Source: a virus (taxonomy: Duplodnaviria; Caudoviricetes). From it: a stretch of 57,324 nt of DNA. The position numbers were made by a program, and so were the translations under genes. The notes beneath the pieces are model-generated. The model was not told the DNA's origin. It worked only from the letters and a program-made list of their open reading frames with translations, and did no database searches. Positions within the stretch are counted from its first letter, which is position 1. The number at the start of each line of letters is the position of its first letter. The stretch lies in IMG/VR virus record IMGVR_UViG_3300029318_000006, positions 1 through 57,324 of that record. One strand, written 5' to 3'. Of this stretch, positions 18,701-28,916 are shown piece by piece.

Positions 18701-20840
18701 AGAAACAGATGGCGAAGATGCTCCAGATGATTTTTACTATGAAGGAAATGAAGTATTTAACATTAATGGTGACTTACACGATGGTAACCTACAAAACCAA
18801 AACACTTGGTCTTTTTATGACAATGCTCAAAACAATGCTTATAGAAGTTCTCAAGGGTTGCCTGCTTCACAATTTTATGGTGTAAACTTAGCACTTACAA
18901 GCACAGGAGGAACAGGTGATGACGCACCATTTTCTGTTGGTGATATTGTTAATGTGCAACAAACTAACTTATCTCCAACCAATCCACAATACAATGGTCA
19001 ACATACTGTATTAGAAAAACCAGATGCTAATACGATAGTGTTAGACGTTGCTTTTGGAACTGCAACTCCTGTTGAAGGAGGGTCAGTTAATGCAGATGCT
19101 ATTGTGCTTACTAACTTTTTTAACTGTTACTCTTGGGGTAATGGTATGGAAAGTTGTAAAATACAAGACTCATTTAAAGAAGATGCTCTTAATATTGGCG
19201 AAAGAGTGTTTACTTTATCTGAAGGTGAGTTTAGGCAAAAGCGAAGAAATGCTTCTATCACTTATAGTGGCATATATAATGATGAGACTAAACTAAATAG
19301 AACTAACGAATTTAATTTAGGCATACTTAACTTCAAAGATTTAAATGAAGACTTTGGAAATATTGAGTTGCTTAAAGCAAGACAAAATGATTTACTAGTA
19401 CTGCAAGAAGATAAAGTATCTTATGTTTTGGTAAACAAAAACCTACTTACTACTGCTGCTGGTCAATCTGATGTCACCTCTACACCAACAATATTAGGTA
19501 AGCAAATCACTCGACTAGAAGAATATGGCATTAGTCACAATCCAGAAAGTTATGCTGAGTTTGGTTATGATAAATATTTTACGGATGCAAAGCGTGGTGC
19601 AGTAATTAAGTTAAGCGGTAGTTCTTACTCTAATGAATCATTAGAAGTCATATCTCAGGCAGGGATGAGGTCATATTTTAGAGATTTATTTATAGATGAT
19701 TTTAATACTCAAAAAATAGGAGGTTATGACCCATATATGAATGAGTATGTTTTAAGTAGTAATAATAGAACATTACCAGTAGATCCTCAAACTGTAAACT
19801 GTGGGTCAGAGTTAGAGTTTAACAACCAAACTGAAAGCTTTACTTATACTGTTAAGCTAGGTGCTTCTATAGGAACTACCGATATTGATTACAATGTCAC
19901 CAGTGGAAATATAAACATATCAGTTACTTACAATGGAGCCACTACTAGTTCAGGAAGTGTTACAGGAAGTGGAACTTTTCAGTTTAACAAAAACATTCCT
20001 TCTGTTGAAACTGCTGTTGTTACAGTGTCTGTAGTGGGAGTATCTGCAAATTATTCAATCACCACTCAGTGCCCAGATGCTAATGTAATTAATGTATATC
20101 AAATATGTATCAATAGCGAGTTTACAGGATTGGCTCCAACTATACACAATCAATATGAATGGGTTTCTAGTAATTTAACACCTTCTGTGTCTAGCCCTTT
20201 AATTAACCAGCCTGTAACTTTTACTAACATTCCTACAGGTACTGGTAGTGGAACACAAAGAGTGGCTCAGTATCAAGTGTATTCTTCTCAAGTAGCTATT
20301 GGAACAACACCAACACCTGAGGCGGTTGTTACAGTTAAATCAGCTAAAATAGGCTCTGATTCATTTGATTTTAATACTAATAATGGAAATAGATTATTGC
20401 ACTTATTAAGTAACACTGTTTATGATAACACACAAACAGGTATCAATAATTTATTAACTGCAGCTGCAAGTAATAATTTAACTATATCTAACACATCTAC
20501 AGGAGTTTTTGAAGGTTCTTTTACTTATACTAATACTGGTACTACTCCAGTATCTAATCTATATTTAATATATGATTACAGAACTTCAACTGCAGTTAAC
20601 TTAGAGTTTGGTGCTACAGAAAGTATAGTTTGTGGTGGAAGTGGTGTATTACAAACTTATTATATAGATGCTGCTGTACCATCTGAAGCAACCGCTATTT
20701 ATAATGACGCTGCTATGACAGTACCTGCAGCGGCTGGTTATTATTTATATGTTAATCCAAACCCAACAGTAGTTGATACTTATTGGTTAAGACAAACAGC
20801 AGGTGGAGTTATTGGTCAAGTAAGTGAATGTTCAAGTTAA
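15780..20840 (+). CDS. Tail nozzle/stabilisation protein (P22 gp10/crAss muzzle-like), N-terminal main part
   Basis: GVMNKSTDERILPPGEYVDALN, IFTDNLNPPRKIN, YGISHNPES, YFTDAKRGAVIKL, GGYDPYMNEYVLS. Confidence 0.75.
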   Translation: MQLNSLFFKGVMNKSTDERILPPGEYVDALNARLGSTEDSEIGTLENTKGNTLLTNITNQGVALSANAVCIGSYADDSDETIYWFITDPGVVDLIVSFNVKTSATIYHVISTTVLNFNPSNLITGVELIDRFLIFTDNLNPPRKINVDRSYAFPVGGVDQITEEEINLIVKPPINPPTFTLSSADNDDQSFFTDKFISFAYRFKYEDGEYSALSPFSLPAFEPENPDLVEVDFNTIKNESMVNAYNAATVFFNTGSSLVKEIEVCYKESSSTVIKVIDKYSKSDLGWADNSTQSIFFRNKEVFRVLSANESLRLYDNVPLKAKALTSSGNRLMLGNYVDGYDMKSADGNDVKLDYVTSLVANPAVKLDDNENEIILSVDGEFVSSDYQVLNGSATPSTVSVDNSKAVFTFEDRLGNPVNFLQGDFITFNCELKSYATGGNIYNQNPAVLNLTRPTGGFTLSITSTVQLTNTYGDLASFVGSNDFENLIGTGLATATPVYKPFSDASTGSTATDFINNSVINSPATNSVTSSAATPVNSAVPNAAAAGSTPVSPAYPTGQTGLLESFDIATPTQVTLQSLMMVYQTGSTKSFEGFEFLNANFSFDSKRNKESLHSNRDYDLAMVYMDDYARSSTALVSLDSSINVPASNSILINKAQVNIPVSQKAPSWAKYYKFAIKPSKLNYDTIFIIRAEPDLDDTTQFWCQLEGETAQKIVEGETYTVKRDIDGAKTSYVEATCLAKSTSPNIDDQSTTYPGPGVYAKFSPGNEYRIDQPGKINEKGINKEKNSIVASRGIDATVSLIDSFTETTIEEGTNVTIKITCERPEAQITYTTNPENKNKFSELNITRTANKTYNTGANLQANLQLMVNDQFVNSQNFFPSNSIDYAGNQGEKFRFRLTNDLIKNNDTPQVPDIDSQNYGIHQVSFNTQDENGNTQQALGIKSNFRMRIGTTTQGKSKVSIKVKLSNIPDGLFVLETDGEDAPDDFYYEGNEVFNINGDLHDGNLQNQNTWSFYDNAQNNAYRSSQGLPASQFYGVNLALTSTGGTGDDAPFSVGDIVNVQQTNLSPTNPQYNGQHTVLEKPDANTIVLDVAFGTATPVEGGSVNADAIVLTNFFNCYSWGNGMESCKIQDSFKEDALNIGERVFTLSEGEFRQKRRNASITYSGIYNDETKLNRTNEFNLGILNFKDLNEDFGNIELLKARQNDLLVLQEDKVSYVLVNKNLLTTAAGQSDVTSTPTILGKQITRLEEYGISHNPESYAEFGYDKYFTDAKRGAVIKLSGSSYSNESLEVISQAGMRSYFRDLFIDDFNTQKIGGYDPYMNEYVLSSNNRTLPVDPQTVNCGSELEFNNQTESFTYTVKLGASIGTTDIDYNVTSGNINISVTYNGATTSSGSVTGSGTFQFNKNIPSVETAVVTVSVVGVSANYSITTQCPDANVINVYQICINSEFTGLAPTIHNQYEWVSSNLTPSVSSPLINQPVTFTNIPTGTGSGTQRVAQYQVYSSQVAIGTTPTPEAVVTVKSAKIGSDSFDFNTNNGNRLLHLLSNTVYDNTQTGINNLLTAAASNNLTISNTSTGVFEGSFTYTNTGTTPVSNLYLIYDYRTSTAVNLEFGATESIVCGGSGVLQTYYIDAAVPSEATAIYNDAAMTVPAAAGYYLYVNPNPTVVDTYWLRQTAGGVIGQVSECSS

Positions 20841-20843
20841 ATT

Positions 20844-21596
20844 ATGGCAGAAGTAACCTTATCATATAGCCCAGGAGTAAAAGGATGGCCTTCCTTTTAT
20901 TCATTTATACCAGAGTGTACTCAAGGTATGAATAACTATTTATATACTTTTAAAAACGGTCAATTATATAGGCATAATACTAATACTTTGAGAAATAATT
21001 TTTATGGTGTTCAATATAATACTACCATTAAAAGTGTATTTAATAAAGCGCCATTAGATACCAAGCTATTTAAAACAATAAGCTTAGAGTCAGATTCACC
21101 TTGGTCTGCTACTTTAGCTACTGACTTACCTCAAACAGGAAGTATTAGCTCTACCTTTTTTGAAAAGAAAGAAGGTAATTATTTTGCTTTCATTAGATTT
21201 TTAGAAACAGATATTAATTTGTTGATGAGGTATGCCAATGGTATAGCTAACGTAGGCACAGTTGATGCCACTACTCCATCTGCTACTACTCTTACTTTTG
21301 GTTCTTCTGTAGATATAGGTAGTATTATTAGTATAGGAGATATGGTTTATTATGGGTCTACTCCTAGTTTAGGTGGACAAGTAACAGCAATCTCTGGTCA
21401 AGTTATAACTATTGACACCACTATAAGTGGAGGCAGTGCCCCTAGTAATGGTGACTTTATATTATATGTCAAAAACACAGTAGCAGAGTCACACGGTGTA
21501 TTAGGTCATTATTGTGAGTATGAGCTCACTAACACCTCTACATCAAAAGTAGAATTATTTTCAGTAAGTTCTGAAACAATGAAAAGTTTCCCTTAA
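20844..21596 (+). CDS. Tail protein resembling the C-terminal part of nozzle proteins
   Basis: TLSYSPGVKGWPSFYSFIPE...KLFKTISLES...FEKKEGNY...GVLGHY; in frame with the upstream gene. Confidence 0.65.
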   Translation: MAEVTLSYSPGVKGWPSFYSFIPECTQGMNNYLYTFKNGQLYRHNTNTLRNNFYGVQYNTTIKSVFNKAPLDTKLFKTISLESDSPWSATLATDLPQTGSISSTFFEKKEGNYFAFIRFLETDINLLMRYANGIANVGTVDATTPSATTLTFGSSVDIGSIISIGDMVYYGSTPSLGGQVTAISGQVITIDTTISGGSAPSNGDFILYVKNTVAESHGVLGHYCEYELTNTSTSKVELFSVSSETMKSFP

Positions 21597-21601
21597 ATTA
21601 G

Positions 21602-21609
21602 TATATTTG
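21602..21609 (+). promoter_or_regulatory. -7 element TATATTTG
   Basis: TAnnTTTG, 3 nt before ATG 21613. Confidence 0.6.
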
Positions 21610-21612
21610 CAT

Positions 21613-22356
21613 ATGGATCCAGCTACAATGTTAATTATAAGCGGAATCACTAAAGGAGCAAGCGCTCTTTTTAGCCTAGACCAAGCCGCTAAAGCTAAAA
21701 GTGATTTAAAAACCGCTACAGATCAAGCTCAAAAATATATAGACAAAGCATATCAAAGTGCTGATGTAAACACTCAAACAATGAGAGCTATTGATACTAG
21801 TTTGTATGATACTGCTAGTGAACAAATAAGTCAAGACTTATCTACTGTATTAGATGTCACTGCAGGTGAAGACCCAAGATTGTCTGCAGCTCAAGGAAGT
21901 ATACTATCACAACAATCTGCAAAACAAAGACAAGCTTTGGAGATGCAGAAAAGAAAAGATATTCAAGAATTAGAAAAAGATATTGCAGAAGGTGAACAAG
22001 CTAGGTTAGCTAGGATACAAGCTTTAGATGTGGCTCAAGCACAAGGGTTTCAGCAACAAGCTGCCGAAGCACAACAAAGAATGACTCAAGGAAGGCAACA
22101 AGCTTTACAAGCTCCAGCATCTTTAGTAGGGGATTACACAGCAATGGTTACAGCAGGTGTTTCTCCAATGCAGATTCAAAAAGGTTTTGAAGGAATGTTT
22201 GCTGGAAGTCAGCAAGCTGGAGTATCACCGATTACTTCTCAGTTAGGAGCGCAAAGTCAATTATTAAACCCTAACTATCAACAACCATTAAATACATTTG
22301 GACTTTCTTTAACGGGTCAGCAGGTAAATCCAATATTAGCAGGACTAAAATTATAA
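21613..22356 (+). CDS. Probable internal virion/ejection protein 1
   Basis: MDPATMLI start, A/Q-rich helical sequence, located after the nozzle. Confidence 0.6.
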   Translation: MDPATMLIISGITKGASALFSLDQAAKAKSDLKTATDQAQKYIDKAYQSADVNTQTMRAIDTSLYDTASEQISQDLSTVLDVTAGEDPRLSAAQGSILSQQSAKQRQALEMQKRKDIQELEKDIAEGEQARLARIQALDVAQAQGFQQQAAEAQQRMTQGRQQALQAPASLVGDYTAMVTAGVSPMQIQKGFEGMFAGSQQAGVSPITSQLGAQSQLLNPNYQQPLNTFGLSLTGQQVNPILAGLKL

Positions 22357-22358
22357 GG

Positions 22359-23738
22359 ATGGCAGCACCAGGATTAGGTTATGTAAAGAGAGATGTTGAA
22401 AAGACTACCGTTGATTGGGGAGCAATTAGTGGTGGCTTGACCACAGCATTAGGTGGAGCATTTGCGGCAGGTGAAAAACAAAAAGCAGAGACAGCTTTAA
22501 CTGACCAAACTATGGCAGGGGAAATTCAAAAACTTCCAAAAGGGGTTACCCCAGACCAAAGTAAATATTTTTCATCCGCCATCCAAAACATTGGTGACGC
22601 CAATCAAAAAATAAAAGAGCAGTATGACAATGGTGAGATAAGTGCTACTCAATATAAAATTGCAGTAAACTCTTTAAATACTCAATACCAAATATTTAAA
22701 AACAACGCTACTACTTATCAAAAATCATATGAAGATTTTATCAAAAAAGTAACTGATGGGAAAAGTGGAGCTACTACACAATTGGTAGCTACCTGGGTTG
22801 ATCAAATGGCTGGTATGAATAAATCAGTTAGGTGGAACCCAGAAACACAAATATTAGAGTCTGTTTATATAGGAAACGGAAATGAAGCAGTTAGTCCTGT
22901 TTCAAACGATTTGAGTTTAATGAACTATTACAATACTGCTTTTGACAATGACTTGATTGTAAAAGGAAAACAAAGGTTTGGTCAAATGGTTTCTTCTACC
23001 GAAGGTATTGAAGGTGACTTAACGTATAGTAAGGGTTATAGAAAGAACAAAGCTTTTCAAAACTCTTTAACAGATTATGCTAGAGCAAGTGTTGCTGCTG
23101 ATAAAACAGGAATAGATGCTGCTGAATATTTAGCTGCTGAAAAAGGATATAAATTAGTTTCAGGAGTTCCTCAAAACGAAAACGAAATACAGGTAATAAA
23201 CAACAAAAATGGCATACCAGAAGTGGTAGATATTGAGAAATATCAAAAATTAGCTGTTGATGGGTTTAAAGAAAGTATTTTAGTTTCTTTAGATAATACC
23301 TATAAACAAAAAGAAGGTAGTAAACAATATGATGTTTTCTTAGAAAATAAGAAACAATTAAAAGAATATCAAGATAAACCAACTGAAGAAAATTTAAGGG
23401 GACTTTTAGATTATTTATCTAAATTTAATCCTACAAAATATGTTAGTAAGTCTCAGGGTATAAGAGACAACCTCCAGGTAACAGTAGAAAAACCTGACCC
23501 TACAACTGGAGTTATTGTTGAAGAAAAAATATCTTTTGCTGATTATATTAAAGATAGACCTGAAGCAATGTTTTTTGAAAGAGATAAACAAGGAAGATTT
23601 GTTCCTGTTCAAATTGATTCATATAATAAATTAGTAAATTATATGAATAAAGAAGCAGGAATTAGCAATGAAAAACTATCTTCTTTTGAGTCTCGATATT
23701 CAAAACAATTTGATGAATTTGGAGTTCCAATACAATAA
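22359..23738 (+). CDS. Probable internal virion/ejection protein 2
   Basis: 459 aa, helical, Gly-rich amphipathic N-terminus; synteny. Confidence 0.55.
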   Translation: MAAPGLGYVKRDVEKTTVDWGAISGGLTTALGGAFAAGEKQKAETALTDQTMAGEIQKLPKGVTPDQSKYFSSAIQNIGDANQKIKEQYDNGEISATQYKIAVNSLNTQYQIFKNNATTYQKSYEDFIKKVTDGKSGATTQLVATWVDQMAGMNKSVRWNPETQILESVYIGNGNEAVSPVSNDLSLMNYYNTAFDNDLIVKGKQRFGQMVSSTEGIEGDLTYSKGYRKNKAFQNSLTDYARASVAADKTGIDAAEYLAAEKGYKLVSGVPQNENEIQVINNKNGIPEVVDIEKYQKLAVDGFKESILVSLDNTYKQKEGSKQYDVFLENKKQLKEYQDKPTEENLRGLLDYLSKFNPTKYVSKSQGIRDNLQVTVEKPDPTTGVIVEEKISFADYIKDRPEAMFFERDKQGRFVPVQIDSYNKLVNYMNKEAGISNEKLSSFESRYSKQFDEFGVPIQ

Positions 23739-23741
23739 AAT

Positions 23742-26700
23742 ATGGCAAATTATAAAACACCAAATGGCACAATTGTAGAAGAATCTATTCTTAGAAAAAA
23801 GTATGGTTCTCGATTTGATGAACTAGTAAGTAATGGTACTTTTACTTTAGAGGAAGAAGAAGTTGTAAAAAAAAAAGATTTAGATTTTCCTGTTCAGGAG
23901 GAAGTTACGGAGTCTATTACAGAAACTCAAACAACACCTACTTCTTCGGAATCCTCAGAAAGAGTTATTGAAGTAGAATTAGAAGACCCCAAAAAATCAT
24001 TTGATTCTGAAGTCTTTAGAGAGATGACTCCAGAAGAAAAAATATCCACTGGAACTGATGATTACAATTATTTAGAAGAAATAAAAAATTCAGCTGTTGG
24101 TGGTTGGTATGCAGGAAGTAGTGTTGATGAAGCCTTTGACGTTTACAAAGAAGGTAAGGATATATCTAGTGAAGATTTACAAGAGTATATTAAAGCTGCT
24201 GATAAAATATCAAGTATTCCTCCAAGTAGAGATATGCAAGAATTTACAAAGATAAGTGATGAAGCAGGAGGAGGTGTTTGGGGTTTTGTAAAGGGAATAT
24301 CTCAAACTGGTAGTGCTGTTATCCCTCAAGTCATTGCTCAGTCTATGATAACAATGGGCAAGTCTTTTTTTGATTCAGAAGAAGTTGCTGGAACAGCTCT
24401 TTTGTCAGCTGGTGCTGGAGCTGCAACTGGAAGCGCTATTGGATCTACTGGTTTTAGCCTTGGCCCTTTAGGTGTTTTAACAACTGCAGGTGGAGCAATT
24501 GCTGGCACTATATCTGGTTTTATTGGTGGTTTAACAGGAACAATGGAAACTGGACTGGTTTTAACAGAGTTCTTAAAAGAAGAGCTAGGAGATAAAGAGT
24601 TTAATGAAGAAAACATTAGAGCCATACTAGAAGATGAAGAACTGTTTAATAAAATGAAACAAGATGCAGTTCGTAGAGGTGTTACTATTGGAGCAGTTGA
24701 AGCTGCTACTGCAGGATTATCTAGAGGTATAGCAACTAATTTAGCTAAAAAAGGATTAGATGCTCCTAAAATAGCTGCTAGAATCACTCCTCTTGAAATG
24801 GCAGGAGGGGGTCTTGGAGAAACAGGAGGTAGATTAGCTGCTGGTCAAGAATTAAGTGCTACAGAGATAGGTCTTGAAACTATTGCTGAGTCTAAAGGTT
24901 TGATAAATGTTTCAGATGTATTGTCTAAAGCTCAAAAACAACAACCTACATATACAATAAATGGAGGAAGAGCTTCAAAACAAAATGTTATAGATTTAAT
25001 TAATTCTTTAAATAAAGAAAATATTAAAGAAACGGTAGCAAAAATAAATATTAAAAACGACCCAGAAACATCTACACTGCTACAAGATAAATTAGATGAC
25101 ATTTCTTTAGAAACTCAAATACCTGATAATATTTCTAATCCTGAAACAAGGACAAAATTAGTTGAGTTAGAAAAAGAAAGAAAAAGTTTAGAGAATAAAA
25201 CAACTCAATCTGCAAAGAATAGAGTAATAGAAATAGATAACCAAATTAAAAACTTACAACAAGATGGCATTCAAGAGCAAGAAACAGGAGAAATACTTGA
25301 TGCTGAACCAGCCGAAAGTGTACAAGAAGTGGAAGAAGAAGTACGGGAGCCTTCTATCAAAACGGAAGAAGAAGCAGTAATAAAAGACTCTCAAATTCCA
25401 ACAAGTAAAGAGATATATACTATTGAAACAGAAGAAGGGGAAGGGGTTAGAACCGTAGAAATAACTATAAATAAAGATGGAAGCAGAAGTGTTGTGCAAA
25501 AAGTAGATGGTGATGTGGCTTCATCTGATAATATACCCGCAGCTAATACTTTAAATAATAATGAATATGTAGAAGGTTCCTTTGGTCCTATAGTTGGAGA
25601 GGTAGAAGTGTTATCAATGGAAAAGGTTATGAATCCTAAAATGAAGGAGAAATTAACTACCAAACAAAAACAAGAACTAGGTATAGATGAAGAGGTTAAG
25701 GTTTATGATAATATAAATGATAACTTAGAAGTATTTGGAGAGTTTACTAAAAATGTAGAGTCTGGAAAAGACTTAGCTAACATACCAATAGAGGTTCAAA
25801 ATATTATTGATTTAGGTCAAAGATTAGACGAACAAGGAGCTACTGTTGAAGTTACTAGAGACTTGGGTATTGTTGATGGAAGACAAATACTAGAAATTAC
25901 AGCAAGTAATGGAGAAAAGTTTTTAATGTATAAATCTAAAGGAACTGGAACAGGTGCGGCTTCTAAAGGTAAATGGGTTCCACTTCCAGGTTTTGCTAAA
26001 GACGGGTATTTTATTAAAGGCGCATTCAATCCTGAAACAGGAAAAACATTTATACCAACTGGACCACTAAGTGAGGTAAACAATCCTAAGTTTAACAAGT
26101 ATGGAAGTGAAACTTTTAAAAAGTTAGCAGAACAATTAGAGAGTGAAACTACTATTGAAGAAACTCCTACTGCTGAAGTGGTTGAAGAAGAAGTAGTTGA
26201 AGAGGTAGTAGATGATAAGGCAAAAGGGGAGACTAAACCTGTAGAAGCAGACATAGTTCTTCCAACGGGAAATAAATTTAAAGATGCTATTACAAGGTTT
26301 AAAAAAACTTATTTAACAGCTCGTAGGTTTTTACCTAAGGCTTGGTATGACATCATTCAAAATAAAACAGCTCAAGTTCAAGGAGATGTTGATGAATTTT
26401 CTAACTTAAATAGGGATTACAATAAAGCTATTAATAAAATAAAAGATAAAAACGAAAGACAAGCTACTGAAGAAGCTGCACAAAAATTATTAGTTGGAGA
26501 AGAAGTAGAAATAAATGAAGAAGTTAGAGATATTATAAATCAAATGAGAGAAATGATAGATTCTTTTTCAAGAAAACTATTAAACGACCCAACAATAAGT
26601 GAAGAAAATAAAGAAATTATAAAATCTAATTTAGGAACTTATCTTACTAGAGCTTATAAGATATACGATAATAATAACTGGAGAGCACAAGTACAAATGG

Positions 26701-28847
26701 GTCTTCAGAATGACATACTAAATTCTGCTAAAGATTATTTAAGAGGTCAAATAAAAAGAGAAAACCCTGGATATTCAGAAGCTCAAGTAGAAAACGATGT
26801 AGAGCTAGCAGTACAAGAGATATTAAGAGGAAAAGAAGGTTCTAAATGGTTGTTTGGAACTGAAGTTCAAGGAAAAAATCTTAAAATATTAACTCAAAAA
26901 AAACAAATTCCTCTTCAAATAAGAATGTTGATGGGTGAGTATACTGACGTAGCTCAAACTTTTGCAAAAACAATTATTAATTTATCTTCCTTAACAAACA
27001 CAAGTCAAATGTTAAGAGATTTAACTGCGGTTGGTTTACAGACTGGAATATTAAAAACAAAAGACCAAAGAACACCTGAATTTAACTATCAAATAAAAGG
27101 AGACGGAAGTAAAGCTTTTGAAGAAATAGCAGGTCTTTATACCACTAAAGAAATAGCTGATCAATTTAATGAAATGACTGAGCAAAAACCTGTTCCTACA
27201 GGACTTGCTCTTTGGTACAAGATTGTGTCACTTAATAAATACGGAAAAACAATATTATCTCCCCAAACACACGCTGTAAACTTTTTTAGTAACGTAGGAT
27301 TTGCGTTTGTTAACGGTTATGGAAATGTGCAAGAGCTTTCAAAAGCATATGAAGCTTTTAGAAACTTAACAAGAGGTAAAAAATTTAATAAAGAATTATA
27401 TAATAAATACATTAGACTTGGTTTAATAGATAAAAGTGTAGGTCTTTCTGAAGCTAGAGAGTTATTTAGTGATGAAACTTTTGAAAGTGCAGTTCTTAGA
27501 AATATAGATAAAAAAGGAAATAATGTATTAAGTAAAATAACTTCAAACCTTAAAAAAGGATTTAAAAAATTTGCTGAAAATCCTTATCAAGCTGAAGATG
27601 ATTTTTGGAAAATATATGCTTTTGAAAATGAAAAAATAAGATATTCTAATTCTCTCTATAATAAAAAACCAAGTGAGTTAACTGAATCAGAACTTTCTGA
27701 GGTAGAAAAAATAGCAGCAGAAAATGTTAAAAAAGTTTTACCCTCTTATGATCAAATACCAGTTGGTATAAAAAAATTAAGAAGTATTCCTATAGTTGGT
27801 TCATTCGTTTCTTTTCAATACGAATCTTATAGAACAGCATTAAATACTATAAAATTAGGTATGTCTGAATTGAAGGATCCAAAACTAAGATCAGCTGGAG
27901 CAAAAAGAGTTGGGGGCTCAATAACATATGTTGCAGCTAGAAACGCACTATTAGGTTATTTTGGCAAAGCTGCAGGAATAGGTATAGCTGGAATAGTAGG
28001 TTCTTTAAAGGCTGAAGATGATGAAAAAGATAAAAAGAGATTAATGAAAAGGTATTTATTTGAATGGCAAAAGGAATCTGATATACTTCCTTTAGACATA
28101 AAGGATGGTAAATTTTCTTTTATTGACATATCGGGATCAGACCCACACGGAGCTATAAACAAAACTATTAATGGAATGACAGACGCTAAATCTCTTGGAG
28201 ATGCGGCTATAATAGGATTTACAGAATCGACAATAAAACCATTTTTAGGTGGAGAAATGACAGCTATTTTACTAGCAGAAGTTCTTAGTAATAAGAAAAG
28301 TAAAGGAGGGAAAATATATGATAATGGTGATCCAGATGATGTAAAGTATGAAAAACAAGTGGAATACATAATGAAACAAGTTTCACCTAGCGCTTGGAGG
28401 CAATACAATAAAATTATAGAGTCTGACGAAAAACTAAGCACAGCAGGTCAAATGGCTTTTGGTTTAAAAAAATATAACTTAGACATTAATAAACAGTTTG
28501 GTTTTAAAGCTTCTTCATTTAAATATGATGGACCTTCTAAAACTAAATCTGCTTACAAAAAAGCATATAATAAAGCTATTGAAAAGAATGCATCACAGGA
28601 AGAGTTAAACGAACTATATGAAAAATATAAAAAAGAATATGATGAAAGATATAATGAGTTTTATTTAGACTATATATCTGCTAGAGATATTTTTGGGGTA
28701 GAACCTAAAAAGCTAGTCAATACAATGACTAACAGAGGAGTTAGTAAAACTAAAATTAGAGAAATAGTTTATGGAAATCTCCCTACTTTACTTAAAGACC
28801 CAAATAAAAAAGCTACAAAAAGAAAGTCTAGAGTTACTGCTTTTTAG
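23742..28847 (+). CDS. Large internal virion/ejection (polyvalent-type) protein
   Basis: 1701 aa; Gly/Ala hydrophobic segment, acidic linkers, helical C-terminal body (KTILSPQTHAVNF, YQAEDDFWKI, GSFVSFQYE). Confidence 0.6.
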   Translation: MANYKTPNGTIVEESILRKKYGSRFDELVSNGTFTLEEEEVVKKKDLDFPVQEEVTESITETQTTPTSSESSERVIEVELEDPKKSFDSEVFREMTPEEKISTGTDDYNYLEEIKNSAVGGWYAGSSVDEAFDVYKEGKDISSEDLQEYIKAADKISSIPPSRDMQEFTKISDEAGGGVWGFVKGISQTGSAVIPQVIAQSMITMGKSFFDSEEVAGTALLSAGAGAATGSAIGSTGFSLGPLGVLTTAGGAIAGTISGFIGGLTGTMETGLVLTEFLKEELGDKEFNEENIRAILEDEELFNKMKQDAVRRGVTIGAVEAATAGLSRGIATNLAKKGLDAPKIAARITPLEMAGGGLGETGGRLAAGQELSATEIGLETIAESKGLINVSDVLSKAQKQQPTYTINGGRASKQNVIDLINSLNKENIKETVAKINIKNDPETSTLLQDKLDDISLETQIPDNISNPETRTKLVELEKERKSLENKTTQSAKNRVIEIDNQIKNLQQDGIQEQETGEILDAEPAESVQEVEEEVREPSIKTEEEAVIKDSQIPTSKEIYTIETEEGEGVRTVEITINKDGSRSVVQKVDGDVASSDNIPAANTLNNNEYVEGSFGPIVGEVEVLSMEKVMNPKMKEKLTTKQKQELGIDEEVKVYDNINDNLEVFGEFTKNVESGKDLANIPIEVQNIIDLGQRLDEQGATVEVTRDLGIVDGRQILEITASNGEKFLMYKSKGTGTGAASKGKWVPLPGFAKDGYFIKGAFNPETGKTFIPTGPLSEVNNPKFNKYGSETFKKLAEQLESETTIEETPTAEVVEEEVVEEVVDDKAKGETKPVEADIVLPTGNKFKDAITRFKKTYLTARRFLPKAWYDIIQNKTAQVQGDVDEFSNLNRDYNKAINKIKDKNERQATEEAAQKLLVGEEVEINEEVRDIINQMREMIDSFSRKLLNDPTISEENKEIIKSNLGTYLTRAYKIYDNNNWRAQVQMGLQNDILNSAKDYLRGQIKRENPGYSEAQVENDVELAVQEILRGKEGSKWLFGTEVQGKNLKILTQKKQIPLQIRMLMGEYTDVAQTFAKTIINLSSLTNTSQMLRDLTAVGLQTGILKTKDQRTPEFNYQIKGDGSKAFEEIAGLYTTKEIADQFNEMTEQKPVPTGLALWYKIVSLNKYGKTILSPQTHAVNFFSNVGFAFVNGYGNVQELSKAYEAFRNLTRGKKFNKELYNKYIRLGLIDKSVGLSEARELFSDETFESAVLRNIDKKGNNVLSKITSNLKKGFKKFAENPYQAEDDFWKIYAFENEKIRYSNSLYNKKPSELTESELSEVEKIAAENVKKVLPSYDQIPVGIKKLRSIPIVGSFVSFQYESYRTALNTIKLGMSELKDPKLRSAGAKRVGGSITYVAARNALLGYFGKAAGIGIAGIVGSLKAEDDEKDKKRLMKRYLFEWQKESDILPLDIKDGKFSFIDISGSDPHGAINKTINGMTDAKSLGDAAIIGFTESTIKPFLGGEMTAILLAEVLSNKKSKGGKIYDNGDPDDVKYEKQVEYIMKQVSPSAWRQYNKIIESDEKLSTAGQMAFGLKKYNLDINKQFGFKASSFKYDGPSKTKSAYKKAYNKAIEKNASQEELNELYEKYKKEYDERYNEFYLDYISARDIFGVEPKKLVNTMTNRGVSKTKIREIVYGNLPTLLKDPNKKATKRKSRVTAF

Positions 28848-28916
28848 TTTGTTTAACTTTTTTTAACAAATCTTAGTCATAGGTATCACAAAGTAGTATT
28901 ATAACTAAATTAAAGG

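Noticed and set aside
209-28441. Antisense/alternate-frame ORFs inside structural genes (e.g. 645..956, 24338..24787, 25817..26254, 27956..28441)
   Set aside because: Shadows of codon bias in the + strand genes; no start context or motifs.
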